Assembly (NCBI GenBank): GCA_004212155.1
Contig: RXIG01000001.1
Location: forward strand, 64,001 to 128,000
Length of the DNA: 64,000 nt
DNA from: an archaeon
GTDB lineage: Archaea; Methanobacteriota_B; Thermococci; Methanofastidiosales; NM3
Reading direction: 5' to 3'
Below, one piece after another: positions 20,429-29,555 of this stretch; positions within the stretch are counted from its first letter, which is position 1; each line of letters opens with the position of its first letter. Below the pieces are notes generated by a model, which was not told the DNA's origin, made no database searches, and worked only from the letters and a program-made list of their open reading frames with translations. Made by a program: the position numbers and the translations under genes.

Positions 20429-21547
20429 ATGTCTTTGATAAGCGAGGTCAACGGATTCCTTGACAACGTGCGGTATGAATACCCTTCCTCCTGCAGCGGG
20501 CTTCCCGACTTCTTCGAATCGCTGCATACCAACTACGAGCGTCTTCGCTCGTACAAGGATGAGATGGAGTTTTACGGGTTTCGCAACCCGTACTATGTCA
20601 TCAAGGGCGTACGCGATTCGTGGAAGGACCCGTTCTTCCGCCAGACCGCGACGAAGAAGAAGATCACCTTTGACAGGATACAGTACTCGCTCGCCGCACA
20701 TCGCATCGCACTCGCCCACGCGACCGAGGCCATCGAGGTGCACAATGGCAAACGCCGCATCACCGGCGAGCAAGCGTTCCTAAATGCGTCCGAGGGCGAG
20801 ATCGGATGCAATCCGGACGGCGTCTACAATCTGTCCGTCCTTCCATACCTTCCGTATCGCGGGGAGTACATGCTCTTGCTCTCGAATCTGCCAAAGCGTG
20901 ACCGATATACCTACCGAAAGATCGTGGGCGCGCTGGGGCAGGGCAAGGCAGACCGCCCTCATACACGCCCGATACGGCCGTCGCGTCCCGCATCTTCGCG
21001 CACCATCCCGACCGTGCCCCTAGGCAGCGAGTTCGAATCGCTTTTGAGCAAGAAGGCGCCGCGCAGCGACGCGGCCGAGCGTTCATCACGCCATCACGAC
21101 GGCCTCATCATCGACAAGTACGTGAGAAAGTGTGTCGGCATCGGGTATGCACAGCTCTCGTATGGCGAGTTCATCCATGACCTGCTCAACTACTACCTGA
21201 AGAAGTCCCGTTACGAGCGTGAGCGGTATACATCGATATTTCCCGGTATCTCCGTCGATGCTCCGCTGCACCTCTTTGGGAAGTTCTCCCGGTCCATAGA
21301 GAAGAAGGAGGAGCTTGAGGGCAAGCTCGAGGACCTGAAGATACACGAGAAGACGACAGTTATCGGTGCGGTAGCCTATTATCTCGTCAGCAACGATGAG
21401 CAGGGGACGGCGGAAATGTTTAATATGCCGTTTTCCATAGTATCTCGGGCCCTTGAACGGTTCCGCACGCTTGGCATCGTCGAGGGAAAACAGCTTATCA
21501 GTAAACGAACAAGGGATTTCCTTGACTATCTAAAGGCAGAACGATGA
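20429..21547 (+). CDS. Conserved archaeal protein, DUF530-like
   Basis: 372 aa; RIQYSLAAHRIAL and LPYRGEY motifs recalled from the DUF530 family. Confidence 0.65.
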   Translation: MSLISEVNGFLDNVRYEYPSSCSGLPDFFESLHTNYERLRSYKDEMEFYGFRNPYYVIKGVRDSWKDPFFRQTATKKKITFDRIQYSLAAHRIALAHATEAIEVHNGKRRITGEQAFLNASEGEIGCNPDGVYNLSVLPYLPYRGEYMLLLSNLPKRDRYTYRKIVGALGQGKADRPHTRPIRPSRPASSRTIPTVPLGSEFESLLSKKAPRSDAAERSSRHHDGLIIDKYVRKCVGIGYAQLSYGEFIHDLLNYYLKKSRYERERYTSIFPGISVDAPLHLFGKFSRSIEKKEELEGKLEDLKIHEKTTVIGAVAYYLVSNDEQGTAEMFNMPFSIVSRALERFRTLGIVEGKQLISKRTRDFLDYLKAER

Positions 21548-21945
21548 AGGTCTTCAAGGCGAAACGGAAGGAGGATATGATAGCCCATATACGTGAGGGA
21601 TTCACCGACGCGGAGGTCTACATAACCTTACGCCCCTGCATCGACATCGTCGTCGAGCTGCTCGAGAATGGTCCAAACCTTGCAACGATTTACTGCCCTC
21701 CGTCGCTTTACAAGCTTACCTCCGACAGGGTGCGCCACGCGCTCGAGAAGGTCGGCATAAGTCTAGAACCGATGGGTGGCGGTGCCGGTCGTCCGCGCGT
21801 CTATTCTGAAAACGACGTGGTCGAGATAAGAAAATTGCAAAAGCTTGGCCACTCCATCACGCGCATATCCAAGGAGCTTGGCATACCGCGCCGCACGATA
21901 TATTACCTTCTCCGTGATGAGGACCTTGGCACGCGTCAACCGTAG
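21544..21945 (+). CDS. DUF1699-like protein with C-terminal HTH
   Basis: VYITLRP, IYCPPSLY, GRPR followed by HTH (ISKELGIPRRTIYY). Confidence 0.75.
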   Translation: MKVFKAKRKEDMIAHIREGFTDAEVYITLRPCIDIVVELLENGPNLATIYCPPSLYKLTSDRVRHALEKVGISLEPMGGGAGRPRVYSENDVVEIRKLQKLGHSITRISKELGIPRRTIYYLLRDEDLGTRQP

Positions 21946-22844
21946 AGCGATTCGAGCTTCGCGACCCGTTCATTAACCTCTTTTGGTGTCATGTCCAGAT
22001 GTTCGAGCACCGTTTCGGATACGGTATCACCGAACGTCTTGTCCTCTATCGCAGACATGTACGTCTCGAAGTCGGAGAACAACTCCTCCTGGATCTCAAG
22101 GCCCATTCCAGGGAAGAGAAGGGAAATATATGCGTCAAACAGATAGTAGCGGTAGCTGCGGTCGGCAACATCATCGAATCCCTCCGGGAGACCGAGCGCC
22201 TCCTGCCATGCATCGGGGCGTTTGGGCAGCACGGGCATGCCGTAACGCGTTCCGATCTCGAACGACCCGTAGAGGAACCCCACCGCGTATGTGTCGATCC
22301 TCCCTTTGGCGGAAAGCGTGGCAAACGAGCACAGCATCGAGCGCGCCATGCGCATGCGTTCGCGTACGACCGCTGACACATGGGCGTCATCGATGCCGGG
22401 CACAGTGTCGATAAGCGACGAGAGCGCCCGAACATCGTTTATGGCGTGGTATGTGCCGTCGAGCTGGTCGAGGGAGCTGATTGTCGCGCCACTATCATCG
22501 CGCCCCTGGCGTGTTGCCCCCATTGCTGCCTTGGCGGCGGGCACGAGCCGGGTGAAAAACGATCGTGCACCCTCCGGCGCCCCTGCGGCATTTTCGTTGA
22601 ATTCAAGCATTTCCAGCGTTCCGTGGTCAATGACGAATCTGACCGTTATCTGGCCGCCGTCTCGAAACGAGAGGGGAAAGTAGGCCTTCCCGTTCTTGCA
22701 CAACGTTGCGTGGGCCGCGCGCAGTTCGTCCTGCGCCATTCCTTCGGGGAGCGGCGCCTCAATCAGGACGGGCGCCGGCATGAACTCGCTCGATCCCGTC
22801 CGCACGGCATTTTTCAACGCGGAAAGTGGCCCTCCAGAGTCCAT
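21936..22844 (-). CDS. Hypothetical protein
   Basis: 302-aa ORF with genome-like codon use and an AT-rich upstream region; no motif recognised. Confidence 0.65.
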   Translation of the reverse strand: MDSGGPLSALKNAVRTGSSEFMPAPVLIEAPLPEGMAQDELRAAHATLCKNGKAYFPLSFRDGGQITVRFVIDHGTLEMLEFNENAAGAPEGARSFFTRLVPAAKAAMGATRQGRDDSGATISSLDQLDGTYHAINDVRALSSLIDTVPGIDDAHVSAVVRERMRMARSMLCSFATLSAKGRIDTYAVGFLYGSFEIGTRYGMPVLPKRPDAWQEALGLPEGFDDVADRSYRYYLFDAYISLLFPGMGLEIQEELFSDFETYMSAIEDKTFGDTVSETVLEHLDMTPKEVNERVAKLESLYG

Positions 22845-22987
22845 ACATCATTGTGGGAGCAGTATGATTTAAATATTGTCCTTTGACAAAACACCATGGC
22901 AATGTATTTAAGTGCGTCACCGTCAAGTGAGGTATATCATCAGCGCATCGTGCTTTTTTTCGATCGGCATGCAAGAACGTGACAAGT

Positions 22988-23419
22988 ATGAACGTGAGGC
23001 CAATAACTCCCTCTGACATCAATGAAGTCTTGAAGATAGAATACGAATGCTTTAAGTATCCCTACCCTCCATCGCTTATCAACTTCCTCTATGCCAACTT
23101 CCGCGAGAGCTTCCTCGTGGCCGAGGTCGATGCGATCGCCGGTTATGTGATCGGCATAAGCGATGATGTCGAGGGACACATCATCTCGATAGGTGTGCGT
23201 GAGGGATATCGCAACCTCGGCGTCGGAAAGACGCTCATGGACCACATCCTCGACGTGTTCATCGGACGCAACCTCTCATACGTTCGCCTCGAGGTGCGCG
23301 AGGGCAACAAGAAGGCGATACGGTTCTACTACCGATTGGGATTTCGCAGGCGCGAGGTGCTTCGCAACTACTACGAGGACGGGGAGAACGCTTACGTACT
23401 CGTGAAGCGCTTGAAGTGA
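22988..23419 (+). CDS. rimI: RimI/Ard1-type N-terminal acetyltransferase
   Basis: GHIISIGV, YRNLGVG, LEVREGN, NYYEDGENA. Confidence 0.9.
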   Translation: MNVRPITPSDINEVLKIEYECFKYPYPPSLINFLYANFRESFLVAEVDAIAGYVIGISDDVEGHIISIGVREGYRNLGVGKTLMDHILDVFIGRNLSYVRLEVREGNKKAIRFYYRLGFRRREVLRNYYEDGENAYVLVKRLK

Positions 23420-23423
23420 TATC

Positions 23424-23930
23424 ATGGAATGGAAGTCGCATCTTGCAGGGGGACTCATCGCAGCGGCGATTGGTATGGCCGTAATCGGGGGCACAGGGCC
23501 GCTTGAGATGGTGGACGCCTTCGTATTGACGTCGTTTTTTGCAGTCGTACCCTGTGTGCCAGACATATTCTCAAAGCACTTTCGAACGCCACTTACCCAT
23601 TCGCTTTTCGTGCCCCTTGCTGCCTTTTTGTTCATATCGGTCCTTGCCATCCTTCCAACACCGAACCTCTACGGCCTTATATCCCTCGAGGGTGCGTTCT
23701 TTGTGGCCCTTGGGCTCGCATCCCATGCTCTGCTCGACTCGTTCACCTCGGCCGGCGCCCCCCTTCTCTACCCGCTGGTGGGAAGGCGCCATCTTCACTT
23801 CCCATGGTTCGGGGCCCGGATGCGTTATGAGGACGGCACCTCCCACAACACGCTGCAGGCCGTTGGGGTGATCGTATGTGCTGTCGCGCTGCTCATCGAG
23901 CTCATCGGGCGCCTTGCCGGGGCCCTTTGA
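23424..23930 (+). CDS. Membrane metal-dependent hydrolase (YdjM-like)
   Basis: SH, PD, THS, SHALLDSFTSAGAPLLYP. Confidence 0.8.
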   Translation: MEWKSHLAGGLIAAAIGMAVIGGTGPLEMVDAFVLTSFFAVVPCVPDIFSKHFRTPLTHSLFVPLAAFLFISVLAILPTPNLYGLISLEGAFFVALGLASHALLDSFTSAGAPLLYPLVGRRHLHFPWFGARMRYEDGTSHNTLQAVGVIVCAVALLIELIGRLAGAL

Positions 23931-24028
23931 ATGCTCGTCGTTGTCGGCGGCTGCATTCACCGACGAAAGGATTGAATCAACAAAGAAAGATTTAAATTGT
24001 ATTAAAACAAGTGTATAGTGGTGGAATA

Positions 24029-24262
24029 ATGGTTGAAGCATATGTTTTGGTAACGGTTGGCATTGGAAAAGTGCATGATGTTGTTGAGGAATTGAAGTCG
24101 CTTGACTGCGTAAAGTACATCGATGCTGTTACGGGCCCCTATGACGTTATCACGCGCATCCAAGCCAGGGATCTGGGAGAGCTCACGAAGACCGTTATCC
24201 AACAGCTTCACAAGATCGACGGCGTCATCGACACCACCACGGCGATCGTCATCGATCTTTGA
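24029..24262 (+). CDS. Lrp/AsnC ligand-binding domain protein (stand-alone)
   Basis: AYVLV, VTGPYDVI, IDGVIDTTT; no HTH. Confidence 0.9.
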   Translation: MVEAYVLVTVGIGKVHDVVEELKSLDCVKYIDAVTGPYDVITRIQARDLGELTKTVIQQLHKIDGVIDTTTAIVIDL

Positions 24263-24301
24263 CGACATAGCTTTTTTAAGCGTAACGACGTTGTCACAAC
24301 G

Positions 24302-24886
24302 ATGCGTACGCCTCCCTCGTTTTCATCCCTCATTATAGAGCGTGATGGGGTCTATCCCGTATCTGAGGACACGCGCTTGCTCGCACGTTCTATTGACATA
24401 TCATCCGGCGAGCGGATGCTCGAGGTCGGATGCGGCACCGGCTATGTGTCACTTTGCGCGGCATCATGGGGTGCACTTGTCACTGGTGTTGACATCAGTG
24501 AGGATGCAGTGGAACTCTCGCGAGAGAACGCACGACGTAACGGAATGCATGCAACGTTTCATCAGGGCGATATGTTCGATGCCGTCTCCGGCAAGTTCGA
24601 TGTCATCGCATGCAATCCACCCTACCTCCCATCCGAATCGTTCAAGTCCACCGACTACGACCGGTGCTGGGACGGCGGTGCGGGTGGTCGGTCGTTCACA
24701 GACAGATTCATCGACGGGGTAGATCATGTGGTTGCCCCGGGTGGACGCATCTATTTGCTGCAGTCGTCGTTATGCGACCCGCATCGTAGCATTACACGGC
24801 TCATCGAACATGGGTACAATGTTACCATCACAGGATGTACAAAGCTCTTCTTCGAACAGCTGTGTGTGCTATGTGCCCACGAATGA
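24302..24886 (+). CDS. HemK2/MTQ2-family protein methyltransferase
   Basis: VYPVSEDT, LEVGCGTG, NPPY, DGGAGGR. Confidence 0.9.
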   Translation: MRTPPSFSSLIIERDGVYPVSEDTRLLARSIDISSGERMLEVGCGTGYVSLCAASWGALVTGVDISEDAVELSRENARRNGMHATFHQGDMFDAVSGKFDVIACNPPYLPSESFKSTDYDRCWDGGAGGRSFTDRFIDGVDHVVAPGGRIYLLQSSLCDPHRSITRLIEHGYNVTITGCTKLFFEQLCVLCAHE

Positions 24887-25113
24887 GCGTCACAGTATCC
24901 GTGCACAGACGTTCTACCCCCATACATGCCTTGTACAATAATCCGTGTGCATGAAATAATAGTATTATTCTATCTCAAAATAGATCAAGAAAATGGCATG
25001 ATTAATTATTACTCCGGCCTCGATGGAGCATTCCACCACTCGTATAAGCTGAGAATGATTATAAATTTCGTATAAGATATCTAATACTGAAAAAGAATGT
25101 TCGAGAGCGGGAG

Positions 25114-26073
25114 TTGAAAGAGATGGGCATTAAAGGTGTAGATCTCCTTGTATCTTTCACATGTAATTCCCATTGTATGCACTGCAGCTATAATTGTGGC
25201 ATCCGCAGGAAGGGTATCATGGACGCCTCCGACGGCAGATGCTACATACATGCATTATGTAAGCAACATGATATAGAGTGGCTCAGCGTAATTGGTGGTG
25301 AACCGCTCATGGTTCCAGACCTTACCAATGAGTTGATCAGATGTGCAAAGGAGAATGGAATACCTCATAGGGGGGTCATAACCAACGGATTTTGGGGACG
25401 AGAGGCAAAGGGGGCACAAAAAATACTCAAAGACCTCAAAGATGTTGGAATGAATCAGATAACATTTAGCGTTGATGCGTTCCACCAAGAACATATCCCA
25501 TTCTCCCATGTGAGAAATGCAATTATGGCTTCGACAGATATTGGATTTGATAAGGTGTGGGTCGATGGCTATTATTTGAAATATGAGGATTCAAGCAATC
25601 GTTTTGACAAGCAAACGAAGGCATTGCTGAATGAATTAAGGGGCACGGAAGGAATCGATATCAACACCTATCGCTTGAGGATGTGTGGAAGGGCAGTTGG
25701 CTTACAGGACCATTTTGATGACAAATCTGTTCCTCATGGCATCTGCACACCACCCTTCTGGATGGGAGGTGGCTTTGATAATCCCTCCACAATAGAGATA
25801 GACCACAGGGGAAATGTCACGCTTTGTCCAGGTATCTCAATAGGGAACGCAAAAGAAGACGAAATCACTGCCATTGTACAAACCTACGATGTATGCGAGC
25901 ACCCCATATTATCCATTATCAACGAAGAGGGACCCATTGGCTTGGCGAAGCTTGCCGATAATTTCGATCTCAGTCGTGGATTCGTCGATCATTGTCATCT
26001 TTGTTATGAGCTAAGAAAACACCTTCGACCTCTTTATCCACGTTACCTTACTCCAGCTGATGTCTATCAATGA
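25114..26073 (+). CDS. Radical SAM protein
   Basis: CNSHCMHC, GGEP, TNGFW, SVDAFH, C-terminal CPG and CHLC. Confidence 0.88.
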   Translation: MKEMGIKGVDLLVSFTCNSHCMHCSYNCGIRRKGIMDASDGRCYIHALCKQHDIEWLSVIGGEPLMVPDLTNELIRCAKENGIPHRGVITNGFWGREAKGAQKILKDLKDVGMNQITFSVDAFHQEHIPFSHVRNAIMASTDIGFDKVWVDGYYLKYEDSSNRFDKQTKALLNELRGTEGIDINTYRLRMCGRAVGLQDHFDDKSVPHGICTPPFWMGGGFDNPSTIEIDHRGNVTLCPGISIGNAKEDEITAIVQTYDVCEHPILSIINEEGPIGLAKLADNFDLSRGFVDHCHLCYELRKHLRPLYPRYLTPADVYQ

Positions 26074-26187
26074 GCATGTCGTTTCATGCAATGATTTTAA
26101 TGTAGGGGGATACAAAAACAAAACATTTAAAGATTGACCATCGAAAGTGGTACATGTCTTACTTTTCCCATTTTTTTGGTCAGGTGA

Positions 26188-27468
26188 ATGATTGTGAATG
26201 TTGGAGATAGGGTACGTATCACGCATGGGTCCAATGTGTATGAAGGCATATTGATGCCTCTTGAGGGGACCCTCAAGGAAACTTACGTTTCAGTGAAACT
26301 GGACAATGGTTATAACGTCGGGTTCAGCCGTGACGACGTCTCGATAGAGCTTCTGTCCAAGGGACGTTCGTTCAACGCGATCATGCCCGAAGTTGATATC
26401 CCCTACAACGAGGACTTGCCAGACGTTGCCATCCTCGGCACGGGAGGGACGGTGGCGTCCAAGATCGATTACATGACGGGAGCTGTCTATCCCGCATTCT
26501 CCCCTGAAGAGCTCATGCAGCTTGTCCCAGAGCTAGGAAGGATTGCCAACATCGAGGGCAAGGAGATCCTCTCCATCGTGAGCGAGGACATCACGTTCTC
26601 CGACTGGAAAGACATCGGCCGAGAGGTCGTACGGCAGTACGAGCGCGGGTGTGATGGCATCGTCGTTACCCACGGCACCGACACGTTGCACTTCACATCC
26701 TCGATGCTCTCGTTCATGCTGAAAAACATCCCTCATCCGCTCGTACTCGTCGGTGCGCAGCGTTCCTCGGACAGGCCCTCGTCGGATGCAGCCCTCAATC
26801 TCATATCTGCCGTGAACTTCGCAGGCACCGATTGCAGGGAGGTCACCGTTTGCATGCACGCCGACATGAACGACGACTACTGCTATGTCCACCGTGGCAC
26901 GCGCGTGAGGAAGTTCCATACTTCGCGAAGGGATGCGTTCGCAACGATCAATGGGCGGCCGCTTGCCAAGGTGCCGGGGTCTGGGCCCATCGAATATCTG
27001 TCTGCATATCGCAGGGATTCGAACTCCAAGGAAGACCTGTCGCTTGACACAGACCTCGAGGAACACGTTGCGCTCGTCAAGACGTATCCGACCTCTTCAG
27101 ACATCGTCGCGCACCTCGTTGACAAGGGATACCGCGGCATCATACTCGAGGGCAGCGGCCTTGGGCACACCCCCCATACGCTCCACGAGGAGATACGCAG
27201 GGGCGTGGAAGAGGGCGTCGTGTTCGGCATGACGAGCCAATGCGTCCATGGCCGTGTCAACATGAACGTTTATCGTGGTGGGCGCATCCTCAAGGAAATG
27301 GGCGTCATACCCCTGGGCGACATGCTTGCGGAGACCGCCTGGTGCAAGCTGAGCTGGGTGCTGGGACACGCTAACGATTATGAAGACGTGCGAAGCGAGA
27401 TGCTGCGCGATGTGGCAGGCGAGCTCGAATCCGTCTCGCGCATCGACGCATACAACGTTTGCAGGTGA
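26188..27468 (+). CDS. gatD: Glu-tRNA(Gln) amidotransferase subunit D
   Basis: KLDNGYNVG, TGGTVAS, HGTDT, GAQRSSDRPSSD, HTSRRDAF. Confidence 0.97.
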   Translation: MIVNVGDRVRITHGSNVYEGILMPLEGTLKETYVSVKLDNGYNVGFSRDDVSIELLSKGRSFNAIMPEVDIPYNEDLPDVAILGTGGTVASKIDYMTGAVYPAFSPEELMQLVPELGRIANIEGKEILSIVSEDITFSDWKDIGREVVRQYERGCDGIVVTHGTDTLHFTSSMLSFMLKNIPHPLVLVGAQRSSDRPSSDAALNLISAVNFAGTDCREVTVCMHADMNDDYCYVHRGTRVRKFHTSRRDAFATINGRPLAKVPGSGPIEYLSAYRRDSNSKEDLSLDTDLEEHVALVKTYPTSSDIVAHLVDKGYRGIILEGSGLGHTPHTLHEEIRRGVEEGVVFGMTSQCVHGRVNMNVYRGGRILKEMGVIPLGDMLAETAWCKLSWVLGHANDYEDVRSEMLRDVAGELESVSRIDAYNVCR

Positions 27469-27474
27469 CCACTG

Positions 27475-29328
27475 ATGGACTACGATTCTATAGGACTGAG
27501 GGTCGGGCTCGAGATACACGCACAGCTCGATACGGGCAAGCTGTTTTGCAGGTGCCCCTCCGTGCTTTCCGACTCGCAAAACTTTGGATTCAAGCGCCAG
27601 CTGCGCCCTACTATGAGCGAGCTGGGGGAGATCGACCCTGCCGCCAAGGAGGAGTTCACGAAGGGAATGATGAATCTCTACAAGGCCTCCACCGACGGGA
27701 ACTGCCTCGTCTACTCAGACGAGGAGCCGCCTCACGACCCCGATGATGACGCGGTCAAAACCCTGCTCCAGATATCACTTATGCTCAACGCCGACATCGT
27801 CGATGTCATCCACTTCATGCGCAAGATCGTCATCGACGGCTCGAACGTGAGCGGATTCCAACGCACGGCGATGGTCGCGCTCAACGGGGAGGCGTACTCC
27901 CAGTTCGGCAATGTGCTGATCCCCACCATATGTCTCGAGGAGGATGCGGCACGCCTCATCGAGATGGCAGGCAAGACGAAGATCTGGAACATCGACAGGC
28001 TGGGCACGCCGCTTGTCGAGATCGCAACAGACCCGTCCATGCACCATCCTCAGCAGACGCGCGACATCGCGCTCTATCTCGGCCAGGTCATGAAGGCAAC
28101 GGGGAGGCTCAAGCGTGGCATAGGCACCATACGCCAGGATGTCAACATTTCGATCGAGCGGGGAGCGCGGGTGGAGATCAAGGGTGTCCAGGAACTCAAT
28201 ATGATCTCTGAGTACGTTCATAACGAGTGCCTACGGCAACTCGCACTGCTCGACATAGCCAGTAAACTCAAGGAGCGGGGAATTAGGACCTGCGACCCCG
28301 CCATCAAGGACCTCTCATCGATCTTCGAGGACACCGCGTGCAAGATCATCAAGGGCAACGTCTTCGGGATACTGCTCGAGGGATTTGCAGGGCTCATCGG
28401 CATGGAGGTCCAACCGGGCAGGCGATTCGGGACCGAGCTTGCCGATTACGCCAAGAAGTATGTGCGGGGCATATTTCACAGCGACGAGCTTCCCGCCTAT
28501 GGCATCAGCGCAGAGGAGGTAAAAGCGGTCCGCGCTTCGCTTGGAGGGGGCGACGATGACGCGTTCGTGCTCGTTGCAGCAGAGCAGCCAACGGCCTCGC
28601 GTGCGCTCGAGGAGGTCATACGCCGCTCGCGCCTGGCTATCGAGGGGGTCCCCCATGAGACGAGGAGACCCATGCCCGACGGCACCTCCCAGTACATGCG
28701 TCCGCTTCCCGGCAAGAGCCGCATGTATCCCGAGACCGACATTTATCCTATCGTCGTCGAGGACGAGATGCTCGAGCGGCTGCGCTCAACGCTTCCGGAA
28801 CTTCCTGCCGAACGTATCGATCGCCTGTGTGAGAATTACGGCATCGCAGAGGACAACGCACGAAAGATACTCGAGTGGGACGTCGAAGAGGCGTTTATCG
28901 AATCGCAGGAGCAACACGGGATGAACCCAGGGCAGTTCCTTCGCCTCATGGAGACGCTCACGATGCTCAAAAAGGAGGGATTCACACATCCAAGCGACGA
29001 GGAAGCTCTGATCGCCTCGTTCATGGGGGCGCATGAGGACATACCGCTTGAGAGCTATGAGGCTGTGCTGCGCCAAATGATCTCAACATCGGCCGACGCC
29101 AGGGAGGCCGCGCGTGCCCTCGGCATCGAGCGTGCTTCGAGCGATGAACTGCGCGACGTTGTGGCTTCAATCGCCGAGGACAATGCACAGCTCATCGAAC
29201 AACGTGGCGATGGGGCGTTCAAGCCGCTCATGGGAAAGGCCATGGCGGCGCTGAAGGGCAAGGGCGACGGCAGTCAGATAAGTGCGCTCCTCAAGGAAGA
29301 GATTGAGCGAAGGAAGAACACGAAATGA
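27475..29328 (+). CDS. gatE: Glu-tRNA(Gln) amidotransferase subunit E
   Basis: GLEIHAQL, KLFC, DGSNVSGFQRT, GTIRQDVN, RMYPETD. Confidence 0.97.
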   Translation: MDYDSIGLRVGLEIHAQLDTGKLFCRCPSVLSDSQNFGFKRQLRPTMSELGEIDPAAKEEFTKGMMNLYKASTDGNCLVYSDEEPPHDPDDDAVKTLLQISLMLNADIVDVIHFMRKIVIDGSNVSGFQRTAMVALNGEAYSQFGNVLIPTICLEEDAARLIEMAGKTKIWNIDRLGTPLVEIATDPSMHHPQQTRDIALYLGQVMKATGRLKRGIGTIRQDVNISIERGARVEIKGVQELNMISEYVHNECLRQLALLDIASKLKERGIRTCDPAIKDLSSIFEDTACKIIKGNVFGILLEGFAGLIGMEVQPGRRFGTELADYAKKYVRGIFHSDELPAYGISAEEVKAVRASLGGGDDDAFVLVAAEQPTASRALEEVIRRSRLAIEGVPHETRRPMPDGTSQYMRPLPGKSRMYPETDIYPIVVEDEMLERLRSTLPELPAERIDRLCENYGIAEDNARKILEWDVEEAFIESQEQHGMNPGQFLRLMETLTMLKKEGFTHPSDEEALIASFMGAHEDIPLESYEAVLRQMISTSADAREAARALGIERASSDELRDVVASIAEDNAQLIEQRGDGAFKPLMGKAMAALKGKGDGSQISALLKEEIERRKNTK

Positions 29329-29339
29329 TACCGATAATG

Positions 29340-29401
29340 CTTTATACAATAAGATATATAAAGGAAAAGAAGACTTATTCATAAAGGTAGCGTTTTATGA
29401 A
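29340..29401. promoter_or_regulatory. Two inverted repeats upstream of the RHH ORF (CTTTATA-N10-TATAAAG; TTCATAAA-N8-TTTATGAA)
   Basis: Seen at 29340-29363 and 29378-29401, sharing TTTAT/ATAAA half-sites; AT-rich background lowers significance. Confidence 0.4.
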
Positions 29402-29414
29402 AAGGTGTTATTAG

Positions 29415-29555
29415 ATGAAAAATATTACATTCAAAAACATCCCTGATGAGCTTTACTTCAAGGCCATCGAAGTGAAGGGAAAGCTACGAGCGAAGAACTG
29501 GCAAGAGTTCCTTGAGAAGTTGATTGAAGAGATGGAGAACGAGAAGGTGAAATAA
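29415..29555 (+). CDS. Small ribbon-helix-helix-like protein (46 aa)
   Basis: Not in ORF track; MKNITFKNIPDELYFKAIEVKGKLRAKNWQEFLEKLIEEMENEKVK; AGGTG SD upstream; its stop abuts the next ATG. Confidence 0.75.
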   Translation: MKNITFKNIPDELYFKAIEVKGKLRAKNWQEFLEKLIEEMENEKVK

